From a bacterium (GTDB taxonomy: Bacteria; UBA8248), in NCBI GenBank assembly GCA_965219955.1, contig OZ244799.1, positions 320,001 through 384,000 on the forward strand: a stretch of 64,000 bases of DNA, read 5' to 3'. Shown piece by piece: positions 23,373-34,027 of this stretch. The notes under the pieces are model-generated. The model ran no database searches, was not told where the DNA came from, and was given only the letters and a program-made list of their open reading frames with translations. The first letter of the stretch is position 1. Each line of letters begins with the position of its first letter. A program made the position numbers and the translations under genes.

Positions 23373-24380
23373 ATGCTTCTCGCAGACATCGCAAATCTGC
23401 TTGGCGGGGAATTGATCGGCGACGGGAACGTAGATCTGCAAGATGTAGCTGCTTATGAAGAGGCCTCACCGACAGATTTGAGTTATGTGGAGTCGGCGAA
23501 AAAGCTGAACACGCATTCTGATGCGGGCGCCCTCATTGTTCCCCGGGGTCTGGGGATTGGCCGCCCGGGTATTTCTGCAGAAAATCCTCGTTTATCTTTT
23601 GCGCGCGCAGTCTTGTTGTTCCGCCCGCCTCGAAAATTCCAGCCGGGAATTGACGCCAGCGCCAGCATCTCCGAGACGGCCCGTGTGGGAGACGGCGTGT
23701 ATGTAGGGCCATTCGCATCCCTTGCCGATGGTGTTGTGGTAGGGGACGGTTCCTGTGTCGGTGCGGGTGTCCATATCGACCATGATGTGAGGATAGGCTC
23801 TGACTGCCACATATACCCGAATTGTGTCGTATACGCTGATGTAGAGATAGGGTCCCGGGTGATCCTCCATGCGGGAGTCGTCGTCGGAGCAGATGGGTTT
23901 GGCTATGTTCCCGATGAGGAGGGACGTTTTTTCAAATACCCGCAAACGGGCAGGGTCGTCATTGAAGATGATGTGGAGGTCGGCGCGAACAGCACGATAG
24001 ACCGCGCTACCTTGAGAGAGACGAGAATAGGACGCGGCACGAAAATCGACAATCTGGTGCAAATTGCGCACAATGTCGTGATTGGGGAGGATTGCGTACT
24101 GGCGAGCCAGGTGGGCATCTCGGGGAGCGTGAAAATCGGGCGGGGCGTCATGATGGGTGGCCGTGTCGGGGTAACGGATCATGTCGAAATCGGTGACGGG
24201 GCGATACTGGGAGCCGATACCGGCGTGCTGAAGAGTCTGGAGGGCGGGAAAATGTACCTGCACACTCCTGCGACGGAAATTCGTGATGCGCGCAGGCGAA
24301 TCGCGGTTTTGAGGAATTTGCCGAGGCTGTCGGAGAGAGTAAATGAACTCGAAAAAAGGATTGGTAAACTAGAATCATGA
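23373..24380 (+). CDS. lpxD: UDP-3-O-acylglucosamine N-acyltransferase
   Basis: Hexapeptide repeats, [18 protein letters not shown]. Confidence 0.96.
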   Translation: MLLADIANLLGGELIGDGNVDLQDVAAYEEASPTDLSYVESAKKLNTHSDAGALIVPRGLGIGRPGISAENPRLSFARAVLLFRPPRKFQPGIDASASISETARVGDGVYVGPFASLADGVVVGDGSCVGAGVHIDHDVRIGSDCHIYPNCVVYADVEIGSRVILHAGVVVGADGFGYVPDEEGRFFKYPQTGRVVIEDDVEVGANSTIDRATLRETRIGRGTKIDNLVQIAHNVVIGEDCVLASQVGISGSVKIGRGVMMGGRVGVTDHVEIGDGAILGADTGVLKSLEGGKMYLHTPATEIRDARRRIAVLRNLPRLSERVNELEKRIGKLES

Positions 24381-24817
24381 TGGATAGCCGGCGAATACAG
24401 GAGTTGATCCCGCATAGAGATCCGTTTCTTTTCGTCGATCAGGTGACAGCAATCGACCCGGAAGAAATTTCTATTGTAGCCCAGAAGAGCATCACCAGGG
24501 ACGAACCATGTTTGGAGGGCCATTTCCCGGGCAACCCCATCATGCCGGGTGTATTGATCATCGAAGCGTTGGCGCAAACCGGTTTGATTTGCCTGTTCGA
24601 TTTGAAATTGATTGATCCGGACGGTGACTTTTTCTTCACGGGTATCGAGCAGGTAAAATTCAGGCGTCCGGTTGTCCCGGGCGATTTGTTGCGGCTGCAA
24701 GCAAAGCTCCTGAAAAACAAACGGGCTATATGGAAATTTGAGGGACGGGCGTTTGTAGGGGAGCAAATCGCCGCCGAAGGCCTTTTCACCGCCTATGCTA
24801 CTCCCCGCTCTCGATAG
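24377..24817 (+). CDS. fabZ: 3-hydroxyacyl-ACP dehydratase
   Basis: [30 protein letters not shown]. Confidence 0.96.
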   Translation: MMDSRRIQELIPHRDPFLFVDQVTAIDPEEISIVAQKSITRDEPCLEGHFPGNPIMPGVLIIEALAQTGLICLFDLKLIDPDGDFFFTGIEQVKFRRPVVPGDLLRLQAKLLKNKRAIWKFEGRAFVGEQIAAEGLFTAYATPRSR

Positions 24818-24820
24818 ACA

Positions 24821-25603
24821 TTGAACGCTATAGCCCCCACTTCTCATATCGACCCGGAAGCACAACTCGGGCATGGTTTGAAAATCGGTCCGGGCGCTTT
24901 TGTGGGCGCAGACGTGATTCTTCGGGATGGATGTGAAATCGGGCCGAACGCGACCATTCAGGGGCCTGCCGTTATAGGTGAGGGATGCCGGATTTTTCCG
25001 AACGCCGTTATCGGCCTGGAAGCGCAAATTGTCGATTTGTCGCAGGATTCAGGCGGGGTCGAAATCGGGGCGGGTACGGTTATCCGTGAAACGGCGACAA
25101 TCCACCGTTCCATGTATCAGGGCCAAAACACGGTAATAGGCAAAAAATGCTACATCATGGTCGGTGCGCATGTGGGGCACGATTGCCGTGTGGGCGATGA
25201 GACGGTCCTGGTGAATCATTGCTCTTTGGGAGGGCATGTGGAAGTCGGGGAAAAATGTTTCATATCCAATTTCATCGGCGTGCATCAGCGGATGAAGGTC
25301 GGCGAGGGTTCGATTCTGGTAGGTCCCATTGCGGTGAGGAAAGACGTGCCTCCGTTCGTCAAAATGGCGGGCACCCCTTTCCGTATCGTTGGACTGAATG
25401 TGGTCGGTTTGCGCAGAAGAGGCGTTTCGGCCGAGGTGAGAGCGGACATCAAGAGGGCGTATAAAATTCTTTTTAACGAATCGGGTACGATAGCGCAGAA
25501 AATAGAAATCATAGAAGCGCAGGCGCCGTTAGGAGCGGAAATTCAATCCGTGGTAGAATTCGTGCGCAATTCAAAGAACGGCATCTATCAAGGTCGCGTA
25601 TAA
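24821..25603 (+). CDS. lpxA: Acyl-ACP--UDP-N-acetylglucosamine (or GlcNAc3N) acyltransferase
   Basis: Hexapeptide repeats, AHVGHDC, GVHQ, GLNVVGLRRRG. Confidence 0.94.
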   Translation: MNAIAPTSHIDPEAQLGHGLKIGPGAFVGADVILRDGCEIGPNATIQGPAVIGEGCRIFPNAVIGLEAQIVDLSQDSGGVEIGAGTVIRETATIHRSMYQGQNTVIGKKCYIMVGAHVGHDCRVGDETVLVNHCSLGGHVEVGEKCFISNFIGVHQRMKVGEGSILVGPIAVRKDVPPFVKMAGTPFRIVGLNVVGLRRRGVSAEVRADIKRAYKILFNESGTIAQKIEIIEAQAPLGAEIQSVVEFVRNSKNGIYQGRV

Positions 25604-25632
25604 GGGCAGGTTTTTTAAGAGGTTAAAAGCCC

Positions 25633-26604
25633 ATGCTGGATTCTCTGCGAGTTGGCGTCGTTGGTGTTGGCCATATGGGCAGCTATCACGTGGCTGCGCT
25701 TTCCGAGCTTTTGGAAGTGAATTTGGTGGCTGTTTGTGACTTGGTTCCCAGTCGCGCCCGGGAGCTGGCTGATAGATATGGAGCGGAGGCGTTTTCCGAT
25801 CCCGTCGATCTGATCGGTCGCGTGGATGCGGTTACTGTCGCTGTCCCTACCTTGCAGCATTTCGAGGTGTCCCGGATATTCCTTGAAAATCGCATTCATG
25901 TATTGGTGGAGAAGCCCGTTTGCACGACGATGGAAGATGCCCGGAAACTGTTCGACATGGCGACCAGGAACAATTTGGTTCTTCATATCGGACATGTGGA
26001 ACGCTTCAACGGAGCCGTTCAGGAGCTGGGCAACATTGTAGATGCTCCCGCCCTGATTGAATGCCGCAGGTTAGGGCCCTTCTCGCCGAGAGTCAGGGAA
26101 GACGGAGTCGTGCTCGACTTGATGATTCACGATCTCGACATCGTTTTAAGACTGGTGGACGAGGAGATCGATTTGCTCTCGGCAACCGGCGCGAGTGTTT
26201 TCTCTGATCGGGACGACGTGGCGAATGTGCAGATTTGCTTTGCCAATGGATGTCTGGCGAACCTGACCGCAAGCCGGATGACGCAGAACAAGATCAGGAC
26301 ACTTTCCGTATCTCAACCGGACGCGTTTATTACGCTCGATTATGCGGACCAGGAACTCAGGATTCACCGTCAGGCGAAGAGTGAACACCAGTTGACCCGC
26401 GAGGAACTCAAATACCGCGAACAATTTCAGGTTGAAAGGGTATTTGTTCATAAAGGCAATCCGCTCAAGCTGGAATTGCGGCATTTCCTGCAATCGGTGC
26501 AGCTCCTGGATGTTGTTTCTGATCCGGAAAAAGAATTGCGGTCTCTGGAGGTTGCCCTTCGTGTCGTAGAGATGCTGAAAAGCACGATGCCCTCGACTCA
26601 CTAA
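25633..26604 (+). CDS. Gfo/Idh/MocA NAD-dependent oxidoreductase, GnnA-like
   Basis: GVGHMG, VLVEKP, GHVERFN, VVLDLMIHDLD; embedded between lpxA and lpxI. Confidence 0.85.
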   Translation: MLDSLRVGVVGVGHMGSYHVAALSELLEVNLVAVCDLVPSRARELADRYGAEAFSDPVDLIGRVDAVTVAVPTLQHFEVSRIFLENRIHVLVEKPVCTTMEDARKLFDMATRNNLVLHIGHVERFNGAVQELGNIVDAPALIECRRLGPFSPRVREDGVVLDLMIHDLDIVLRLVDEEIDLLSATGASVFSDRDDVANVQICFANGCLANLTASRMTQNKIRTLSVSQPDAFITLDYADQELRIHRQAKSEHQLTREELKYREQFQVERVFVHKGNPLKLELRHFLQSVQLLDVVSDPEKELRSLEVALRVVEMLKSTMPSTH

Positions 26605-26612
26605 CACTTCCC

Positions 26613-27443
26613 ATGTCGGATTCCCCGGAGAGAATTGGCCTCGTCGCAGGTTCGGGCGGTTTGTCTTCCGAGTTTGTTTCCTGCGCGAAAAAACAGGGCA
26701 AGCGCGTGTCCGTTGTGGCTTTGTCCGCTGAAATCGAGGAAACATTATCACGCGAGGCGGATTCCGTAATCCACATCCCTCCCACCCAGCCGAACAAAAT
26801 CATCCGGTTTTTCAGCGATGAGGGCGTTGAAGAAATAGGGCTTGTCGGAAAGGTGGAGAAAAGCATTTTATTTCAATCCCTGCGCTTCGATCTGACCGTT
26901 TTGCGCTTCATGAAAAACGCCAGGAACACGGCCGATGCAACGGTCATGGATGCCGTTATCGAGTTTGTGGAAGAAAACGGAATGAAGGTCGTGCCCCAAA
27001 CGGAGTATCTCGAGCATCTCATTGCCCCGCGCGGGAGCATCACGAAAAAGAAGTTGCGCCAAAATCAACGGAAAGACGCCGAATATGCGTTTCAGATGGC
27101 CCGGAGCGTCGCCGCGCTGGATATCGGCCAGACCGTGGTGGTCCACAAGGGGACGGTGGTTGCCGTGGAAGGTATCGAAGGTACGAACGAGGCGATCCGA
27201 AGGGGATGCGCTCTCGCCGGGAAAGGGGCTGTTGTCTGTAAGGTCGCCCGTCCGGAACAGGATATGCGCTACGACGTGCCTACAGTGGGACCCGAGACCT
27301 TGCAGGTGATGCGCGAAGGCGGCGCTTCGGGGTTGATCCTGGAGGCGGAGCGGACATTTCTCATCGATCGCGAGCGCTTGATACGGGAAGCCGACGCAAC
27401 GGGCATCATCGTTGTCGGCTGGTCGGAAAATGAACAGGGATGA
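26613..27443 (+). CDS. lpxI: UDP-2,3-diacylglucosamine diphosphatase LpxI
   Basis: IGLVAGSG, DIGQTVVV, AVEGIEGT, QDMRYDVPTVG. Confidence 0.9.
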   Translation: MSDSPERIGLVAGSGGLSSEFVSCAKKQGKRVSVVALSAEIEETLSREADSVIHIPPTQPNKIIRFFSDEGVEEIGLVGKVEKSILFQSLRFDLTVLRFMKNARNTADATVMDAVIEFVEENGMKVVPQTEYLEHLIAPRGSITKKKLRQNQRKDAEYAFQMARSVAALDIGQTVVVHKGTVVAVEGIEGTNEAIRRGCALAGKGAVVCKVARPEQDMRYDVPTVGPETLQVMREGGASGLILEAERTFLIDRERLIREADATGIIVVGWSENEQG

Positions 27444-28608
27444 ACGTTCGACAAACGACGTCATCGTTGTCGCCGGAGAGCCATCGGGAGATGTTCACGC
27501 CGCGAATCTGGTGAAAGCGCTTGCCGCCAGGATACCCGACCTCCAGCTGTCCGGCATGGGTGGGCAATTGATGGCCGAGGCGGGTGTGGAACTATTTCAG
27601 GACATCGGCGATATATCTATCGTTGGTTTCGCCGGCATTCCCCGGATTTATCCCAAGCTGCGAAGAATCAAGAAAAATCTGCTGAGCAGGATCTCGAATC
27701 AAAACCCGAAAGCGGTCATTTTTGTGGATTATCCGGGATTCAACCTTTCTTGCGCGCGTTCCATGCGCAAACTGCCGCAAACGCCAAAATGCATATATTT
27801 CATCACGCCGCAGGTATGGGCCTGGTGGAAAGGCCGCGCCCGCGCCATTGCGAATGATTTTGACCTGGCCTTGAACATATTTCCGTTCGAACCTCGTATT
27901 TTTAACGAGTTGGGCGGGAAAGCCGCCTTCATTGGCAACCCCATCGCCCATGAACTTCGGGATGCGCCTTCGAAAGAAACGGCCAGGCGCGCATTGGGCA
28001 TACCGATGAGCGACAAGGTGGTTTCGCTTCTCCCGGGCAGTCGCCTCAAGGAGATCGACTCTCACGTGGATGCCATGGTAGATGCGATAAAGATAATTCA
28101 TGCGGAAACGCCGGGATTGCGCTTTTTGATTTCAGAGGCGATTTCGTTGCCTGAAGGGTACGTTTCGAACCGCTTGAAACCATCCGGGCTGGAAATACGG
28201 CCTGTCAGGGGTGATTCAAAAAAAGTGATTCGCGCAGCCGACGCCGTAGCCGTGGCGAGCGGCACGGCTTCTCTCGAGACGGCTCTTTTGGGTGTGCCGA
28301 TGGTCGTTCTGTATGCCGCGGATATTCTTTCGTTTACGCTGGCCAAATATTTTTTGCTTCAAGTGGATTTCATCAGCCTTGTGAATTTGTTGTCCGGCCA
28401 TGAGGCGGTTCCCGAGTTGTGGCAGAAACAGGTGTGCGCGCAGCCTGTTGCAAACGCCTTGAGTGAAGTGCTTTTCGATGATGAGGTGAGAGCCAGGCAG
28501 GTCAGTGTTTTCGAGAGGATTCGAAACGCCCTGGAAGGGATGAACCCCTATACATGCGCCGCGGCGCATATCGCGGCGGAACTCGGTTTTGAAGCGCAGG
28601 ACGCGTAG
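27430..28608 (+). CDS. lpxB: Lipid-A-disaccharide synthase
   Basis: AGEPSGD, DYPGFN, PQVWAW, LLPGSR, SGTASLE. Confidence 0.95.
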   Translation: MNRDERSTNDVIVVAGEPSGDVHAANLVKALAARIPDLQLSGMGGQLMAEAGVELFQDIGDISIVGFAGIPRIYPKLRRIKKNLLSRISNQNPKAVIFVDYPGFNLSCARSMRKLPQTPKCIYFITPQVWAWWKGRARAIANDFDLALNIFPFEPRIFNELGGKAAFIGNPIAHELRDAPSKETARRALGIPMSDKVVSLLPGSRLKEIDSHVDAMVDAIKIIHAETPGLRFLISEAISLPEGYVSNRLKPSGLEIRPVRGDSKKVIRAADAVAVASGTASLETALLGVPMVVLYAADILSFTLAKYFLLQVDFISLVNLLSGHEAVPELWQKQVCAQPVANALSEVLFDDEVRARQVSVFERIRNALEGMNPYTCAAAHIAAELGFEAQDA

Positions 28609-28609
28609 C

Positions 28610-29341
28610 ATGAATGAAGATTCCATCGCTTATGATGAATGGGGCCGGAATCCCGACGCGCCGCTTTCTGCGTGGCTGGGCGGGGTGGCCATCGCGGGTT
28701 ATCTGAAAGCGGTCTGCGCCACTTCGTCGACAATTGTGCCGAAAACGGAATCGAACGAGAAAATGAGCCGCAGGCTTGATGAAAAATTCATCTGGGTGCT
28801 CTGGCATCATCATTTGGGGCTGCCCGCCTTTGTTGATCCGATGAACTATCGCCTCACGTGTATGGCGAGTCGAAGCCGGGACGGAGAGCTGCTCGCCCAG
28901 GTGATGGCCCGGTTCAATACCCGATGCGTGAGAGGCTCTTCCTCCGCGTTGGATGGAAGAGACAAAGGCGGGGCCGCCGCGGTTCGGCAGATGGTCAGGG
29001 TGGCGAAACAGGGGGAGCACCAACTCATCGTCACGCCTGACGGCCCGAAGGGTCCTCCGCGGAGGGTCAAGATGGGGGTCATATCTTTGGCGAGTATAAC
29101 GGGGTATCCGATTTGCCCGATCGCTTTTGCGGCGTCGCGTTTCTTCACTATCCCCACCTGGGACAAGACGATTATCCCTTTGCCGTTCGGGAGAATCGCT
29201 GTTTGCTGTGGAGAGCCTCTGGAGGTGCCGCGAACCCGGGACAAGGGGGAGTTGGAGTCAAGGCGCGCAGAAATCGAAAAGCGGCTCATCCATGCGAATG
29301 AGGAGGCGCAGTACTACCTGAAGAACGCGGGGGGGGAATAA
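28610..29341 (+). CDS. DUF374 lysophospholipid-acyltransferase family protein (LpxJ-like)
   Basis: LWH, SRSRDGE, VRGSS, TPDGPKGP, WDK...PLPFG motifs typical of DUF374; lies between lpxB and waaA. Confidence 0.8.
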   Translation: MNEDSIAYDEWGRNPDAPLSAWLGGVAIAGYLKAVCATSSTIVPKTESNEKMSRRLDEKFIWVLWHHHLGLPAFVDPMNYRLTCMASRSRDGELLAQVMARFNTRCVRGSSSALDGRDKGGAAAVRQMVRVAKQGEHQLIVTPDGPKGPPRRVKMGVISLASITGYPICPIAFAASRFFTIPTWDKTIIPLPFGRIAVCCGEPLEVPRTRDKGELESRRAEIEKRLIHANEEAQYYLKNAGGE

Positions 29342-29348
29342 GCCGCTC

Positions 29349-30620
29349 ATGTTGTTTCTCTACAACCTCGTCATTCTTCTCGTCTCGCCCGCATTGTTCG
29401 TGTATTTTCTGGTTCGCCTGTGGCTTCGGGGGTTTGATCTCGGGGCTGTGCGCGAAAGGTTCGGGTTTCCGCCCGAATTGCCCGATGCGGGGGGAGGGCG
29501 TCTTTGGCTGCACGCCGTCTCCGTGGGGGAAGTGGGCGTGGCCGCCGTCTTGATACCCGCGCTTTTGAGAAAGAAGCCGGAGCTCAAAATCGTTCTTTCC
29601 ACGGTGACCCGGACAGGCAGAAACGAGGCCGGAAAAATCTCGGGCCTGGAGCGTCTCATTTACCTGCCCCTGGATTTCCCCTTGACGGTCCGTTCCGCCT
29701 TGAAGCGCATCCGCCCGTCCATGATCGCGCTCATAGAGACGGAGATATGGCCGAATTTCGTGGCGGAGGCCGCAAGGAGGAAGATACCGGTATCCATCGT
29801 CAACGGGAGGCTTTCCGGGCGTTCGTATCGTCGTTACAAACGCTTTCAGTTCTTTTTCTCTTCGATTCTCGGGTGTTTCACAAATGTGCTGGTGCGTGGG
29901 GAAGGGGACGCCGAAAGGTTTCGGGGTTTGGGCGCGGCTTCCGTGCGGGTTTCAGGGAACATCAAATTCGACGCGCCTGTGCCGCTTCAGGAGCCCCCGT
30001 ATGGGGCGTATGGCCTGGACGCGTGTCGGCACGTCATCGTGGCCGGCAGCACGCACCCTGGAGAAGAGCAGTTGATTGGAGAGGTGATGGCGTCTATCCG
30101 CCGGAAAATGCCGGAAGCGGGTCTCCTCCTCGCGCCCCGCCATATGGAAAGGGTGGCCCAGGCAGAGGCGGACTTGCAAAACGCGGGTCTTTCTCCCGCG
30201 CGGTGGAGCCGGATTCAAGATACGGGTGGTGAGCATCAAGTGGTCATCCTGGATGTGATGGGAGAGCTCGCAGACGCCTATGGTTGCGCGGCGATGGCGA
30301 TCATCGGTGGAAGTTTTATCCCCCATGGCGGTCAGAACCCGATAGAAGCGGCGCGCTGGGCGGTGCCATGCCTGTGCGGCCCCCACATGGAGAATTTCGC
30401 CGAGGTCACGTGCGAGATGGTCAAGCAAGGCGGCGCGATTCAACTGAACGGGCGGGAGAATCTGGAGACGGCCGTCATGAAATGGCTGGACGACCCGGAA
30501 TCGCGGAATCGGGCAGGTGAAGCGGCCCGCCGGGTAGTGCAGAACAACCAGGGCGCCTCCGAGCGAACCGCGGAATACATCGTCCAGGTCCTGGCGGGTT
30601 CGGATGAGGGCGCCGCATGA
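29349..30620 (+). CDS. waaA: Kdo transferase
   Basis: WLHAVSVGE, ETEIWPN, NGRLS, GNIKFD, GSTH, GGQNPIE. Confidence 0.95.
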   Translation: MLFLYNLVILLVSPALFVYFLVRLWLRGFDLGAVRERFGFPPELPDAGGGRLWLHAVSVGEVGVAAVLIPALLRKKPELKIVLSTVTRTGRNEAGKISGLERLIYLPLDFPLTVRSALKRIRPSMIALIETEIWPNFVAEAARRKIPVSIVNGRLSGRSYRRYKRFQFFFSSILGCFTNVLVRGEGDAERFRGLGAASVRVSGNIKFDAPVPLQEPPYGAYGLDACRHVIVAGSTHPGEEQLIGEVMASIRRKMPEAGLLLAPRHMERVAQAEADLQNAGLSPARWSRIQDTGGEHQVVILDVMGELADAYGCAAMAIIGGSFIPHGGQNPIEAARWAVPCLCGPHMENFAEVTCEMVKQGGAIQLNGRENLETAVMKWLDDPESRNRAGEAARRVVQNNQGASERTAEYIVQVLAGSDEGAA

Positions 30621-31702
30621 GTTTTCGGCGCGCAGTCCTGCAGGCCTGGGAGGGCAATCCCTCGTCCCCTGCCTGGTCCCGCACGTTGACGAAGAGCCTC
30701 GGCCCCCTGGGAAGCCTTTATGGCGCCGCGATGGCGCATCGACGCCGGCGTTATGAATCCGGGAAGGCCGGTGTCTCGAAAAATCCCGTACCTGTCATTT
30801 CGGTTGGCAACCTCACGCTCGGGGGGACGGGAAAAACGCCCACCGTCGCCTGGCTCGTGGAAAAACTGGCCTTGGGAGGCCGGAAGCCCGCTGTCGTGAG
30901 CAGGGGTTATGGCGGGAGGCCCAGGGATGTGATGGTCGTGGGCGACGGGAAGGGAAGCCTGATGGCCGCGCCGCCGGCCGCCGATGAGGCGGCGATGCTT
31001 GCCCGCCGCTATCCCGGCCTCCTCGTGTTGACGGGTGCGGACCGCTCGTTTGTGGCGAAAAAGGCGGTAGAGGAATTCGGGGCGGATGTTGTTGTTCTCG
31101 ACGACGGGTTTCAGCACCTGGCTCTTCACCGGGATATGGACGTGGTGGTTTTGCGCGGAGACGCTCCTTTTGGAAACGGCCAGGTGGTTCCCGCAGGTGT
31201 CCTCAGGGAGCCGGTTTCGGCCCTGAGGCGCGCAGACGCCGTTTTGGTGACGGGCGAATGCGCCGACCGGACGAGACGGGAAATCCAGTCTCTTGTCCCG
31301 GATATTCCGATGTCCACAGGCCGCCTCGAGCCCGATGCGTTCCTGGATTCACGGGACGGGAGAACAGGCTCACCGGATGAATTGAAAGGCGCGAGGGTCG
31401 TTGCCGTCAGCGGCTTGGGCAATCCGCATGGTTTCGAGAAAATGCTTGAAACACTGGGTGTCGAGGTCATGGTGCATCACGAATATCCGGATCATGCCCG
31501 TTACGCTCTGGCGGATGGCGTGCGGCTCGTTTCGTCGCTGCGGAAGAACGGGGCCGATTTCATTCTCACCACGGAGAAGGATGCAGTGAAGCTGTCTCCT
31601 TTGTTGAGCAAAGCGCCGCTTCGTGTCCTTCGCGTGGTGATGAAGATCGATGATGAGATGAATTTGGCTGGTTTGATCGAGAAGAAAGCATTTTCGTCTT
31701 GA
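30617..31702 (+). CDS. lpxK: Tetraacyldisaccharide 4'-kinase
   Basis: VGNLTLGGTGKTP, SRGYGG, LDDGFQH, TTEKDAVK. Confidence 0.96.
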   Translation: MSFRRAVLQAWEGNPSSPAWSRTLTKSLGPLGSLYGAAMAHRRRRYESGKAGVSKNPVPVISVGNLTLGGTGKTPTVAWLVEKLALGGRKPAVVSRGYGGRPRDVMVVGDGKGSLMAAPPAADEAAMLARRYPGLLVLTGADRSFVAKKAVEEFGADVVVLDDGFQHLALHRDMDVVVLRGDAPFGNGQVVPAGVLREPVSALRRADAVLVTGECADRTRREIQSLVPDIPMSTGRLEPDAFLDSRDGRTGSPDELKGARVVAVSGLGNPHGFEKMLETLGVEVMVHHEYPDHARYALADGVRLVSSLRKNGADFILTTEKDAVKLSPLLSKAPLRVLRVVMKIDDEMNLAGLIEKKAFSS

Positions 31703-31711
31703 GTTGACGCG

Positions 31712-32800
31712 TTATCCCCTGATGGAGGCGAGAAAGTAAGTCCCTCCCGCGAGAAAAATCGCATTGGGTCCCCAGGCCGCCAGGATGGGCGGCAGGCGTC
31801 CGGCATGTCCGAACGAAAGGCTCGCATGGAAGAAAACGAGATAGATAGCGCCGATTCCGATGGCGATGGCGACTCCCAGGGCGACTCCTCCGCTTCTGCT
31901 GTTTCGAACGCAGAAAGAAACACCCACGAAGGCCAGTACGAAACTGATGAATGGCGCAGAAATTTTTGCCCACATATCTACGATGTAGCGAGTCGGATCC
32001 ACACCGTTTTTACTCAGGCTTTTAATGTAGCGGGTGAGTTCCTGGTAATTCATCGTCTCGGGGTTTCTGCCTGTTTTTTTGAAATCATCGGGTTTTTCCT
32101 CAAACGCGAAAACCTTTTTCTCAAAAATTTCGCGGTTGATTTTCCCCTCTTCAGGAAAGTCATGGATTACGCCTTTGCGGAATTCCCAATGCTTTTTCAA
32201 AGGCGCCCAAACCACCTCATCCGCGTCAATGCGTTGCGTTAGGCGATTGTGCGGACCCATTCGGTACAGCGTGACGCCCCTCATTTTTTCTGAAGACGGG
32301 TCATAGTGCGTAATGTGCCAGATTGTGTCGTTTTCCGAGCGATACCAGACTTTGTCTCTCTGGACATGCGTTCGCAAACCAATTTTCTGGATCTTGACCC
32401 GCCGGATGTATTCTCCGCGCTTGTTGGCGAGTGGAACGATGTATTCATTCGCCAGGAAGGTGAGGAAGCTGATTCCCAGGCTGGCGATGAGGATGGGCGC
32501 AATGATTCGGTAGAGACTCAAGCCCCCTGCGCGCATGGCGAGAACCTGGTTGTCTCTGGAGAAAAGAATCAGCGTGAACGTGCTCGCCAGCAGGGTGGTG
32601 AGCGGTATGGAGAGAAAAACGAGATGGGGTATCTTGTAGAGAAAATACAGGGCCGCGTCGGTCAGGGTCGCGTTCGCTTCGATGAAATCATCGATGCGCT
32701 CGATAAACTCCGCTATCAAAAAAAGGGTGATGGCTCCCGACTGACAGAGAAACACCATTCTTAAGAACTGTTTCAGGATGTAGCGGCTCAGTATGGTCAT
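31712..32800 (-). CDS. lptG: LPS export ABC permease LptG
   Basis: MTILSRYILK N-terminus, 3 TM + periplasmic domain + 3 TM, AAWGPN; paired with lptF. Confidence 0.87.
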   Translation of the reverse strand: MTILSRYILKQFLRMVFLCQSGAITLFLIAEFIERIDDFIEANATLTDAALYFLYKIPHLVFLSIPLTTLLASTFTLILFSRDNQVLAMRAGGLSLYRIIAPILIASLGISFLTFLANEYIVPLANKRGEYIRRVKIQKIGLRTHVQRDKVWYRSENDTIWHITHYDPSSEKMRGVTLYRMGPHNRLTQRIDADEVVWAPLKKHWEFRKGVIHDFPEEGKINREIFEKKVFAFEEKPDDFKKTGRNPETMNYQELTRYIKSLSKNGVDPTRYIVDMWAKISAPFISFVLAFVGVSFCVRNSRSGGVALGVAIAIGIGAIYLVFFHASLSFGHAGRLPPILAAWGPNAIFLAGGTYFLASIRG

Positions 32801-32809
32801 GGCGGGAAT

Positions 32810-34027
32810 TTATGATTTGCTTCGGCTGAAGGGGGAAAAAGGCTTGAGGAACAGACCCCGGATGTCGATGGTGTTGCGCAATCCTGCGGTTCGCACCAGA
32901 TACCCCGCAAGCAGGGCCAATAATACGTTCGGGCTCCAGACGGCGACGGCAACACTGATTTGCCCGTTTTCCGCCATTCCCTCGGCGAAGGTAACGAACA
33001 GGTAATAGAGGATCAGAACGCCCAGGCTCAAGGCGAAGCCGCCGTGACGTCCCGAGCGTTTGTTCTGTACGCCCAGAGGCGCCCCCAGGAACGCCAGGAT
33101 GAGGCAGGTGAACGGCACCGCGAATTTCTTGTACAACTCCACGAGAATGGCGTTGTACCTGCTTGTTCCCGGCTCGTGTTCCATGAGCTTGTTTCTGAGT
33201 TCATGCAGTGGATAAGATCGCAGGCTTCTCCGGAGCGCTTTCGTCTTCCCGATGGTTTTCGTGAGATCAAAATTGAGATCGTAGTTTCCGAAGCGCGCGA
33301 TTTGATAATTGTTTCTGGAGGGGGAAGAACCGTCATGCGCGCCGGTTTTCATGCTTGAGACCTGCTCGGGTTCGCTGATCGTGTGGACGGTCCCTCTGGT
33401 GAGGCGCAGCCATACTTTGGCGGATGTGGCGGATTTGACCAGCATGCCGCGATCGGCAAAGATGACCCGGTTTTTCCCGGCCTCCCTCGTGTCTGAAACC
33501 ATGATCCCTTTCATGACCTTGCCCGACGGTTCGATTTCACGCACATAGAACATGATTCCATCGAAACCGTCATGAAAAACCTGCTCTTGAAGGTCGAATG
33601 TAGCGACTCGGCTATGGAGCATCTGCCGGCGGACTTCCAAAGTGGTGTCTTGACTCCAGGGAAGCCCGAACATCATGAGGAAACCGCTCAGGAGGGCGGT
33701 GGCTATTCCCACCACTCCCACGGGGATGAGTTGAGAATAGAAAGTCATGCCTGAAGCGGTCATCGCCAGCGATTCGCTGTCGCTCGAAAGGCGGCTGAAC
33801 ACCATGATGCTCGAAATCAGGGTGGACATCGGCAGGGTAACGAGGAGAAGGACGGGCAAGGCGGCGAAAAGAAATTGCGCCACGATTGACAGCGGAATTC
33901 CGCGGTTCACCACCAAATCCGTGAACTGGAGCATTTTATGAAGCAGGAGTATGAATGTAAGGAAAAACAAGGTTATGAGGAGATAGGACACCAATTCACC
34001 CAGGATATATCGGTGCAAAGTTTTCAA
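32810..34027 (-). CDS. lptF: LPS export ABC permease LptF
   Basis: RYILGE, RLSSDSE, C-terminal WSPN; YjgP/Q-type topology. Confidence 0.87.
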   Translation of the reverse strand: MKTLHRYILGELVSYLLITLFFLTFILLLHKMLQFTDLVVNRGIPLSIVAQFLFAALPVLLLVTLPMSTLISSIMVFSRLSSDSESLAMTASGMTFYSQLIPVGVVGIATALLSGFLMMFGLPWSQDTTLEVRRQMLHSRVATFDLQEQVFHDGFDGIMFYVREIEPSGKVMKGIMVSDTREAGKNRVIFADRGMLVKSATSAKVWLRLTRGTVHTISEPEQVSSMKTGAHDGSSPSRNNYQIARFGNYDLNFDLTKTIGKTKALRRSLRSYPLHELRNKLMEHEPGTSRYNAILVELYKKFAVPFTCLILAFLGAPLGVQNKRSGRHGGFALSLGVLILYYLFVTFAEGMAENGQISVAVAVWSPNVLLALLAGYLVRTAGLRNTIDIRGLFLKPFSPFSRSKS

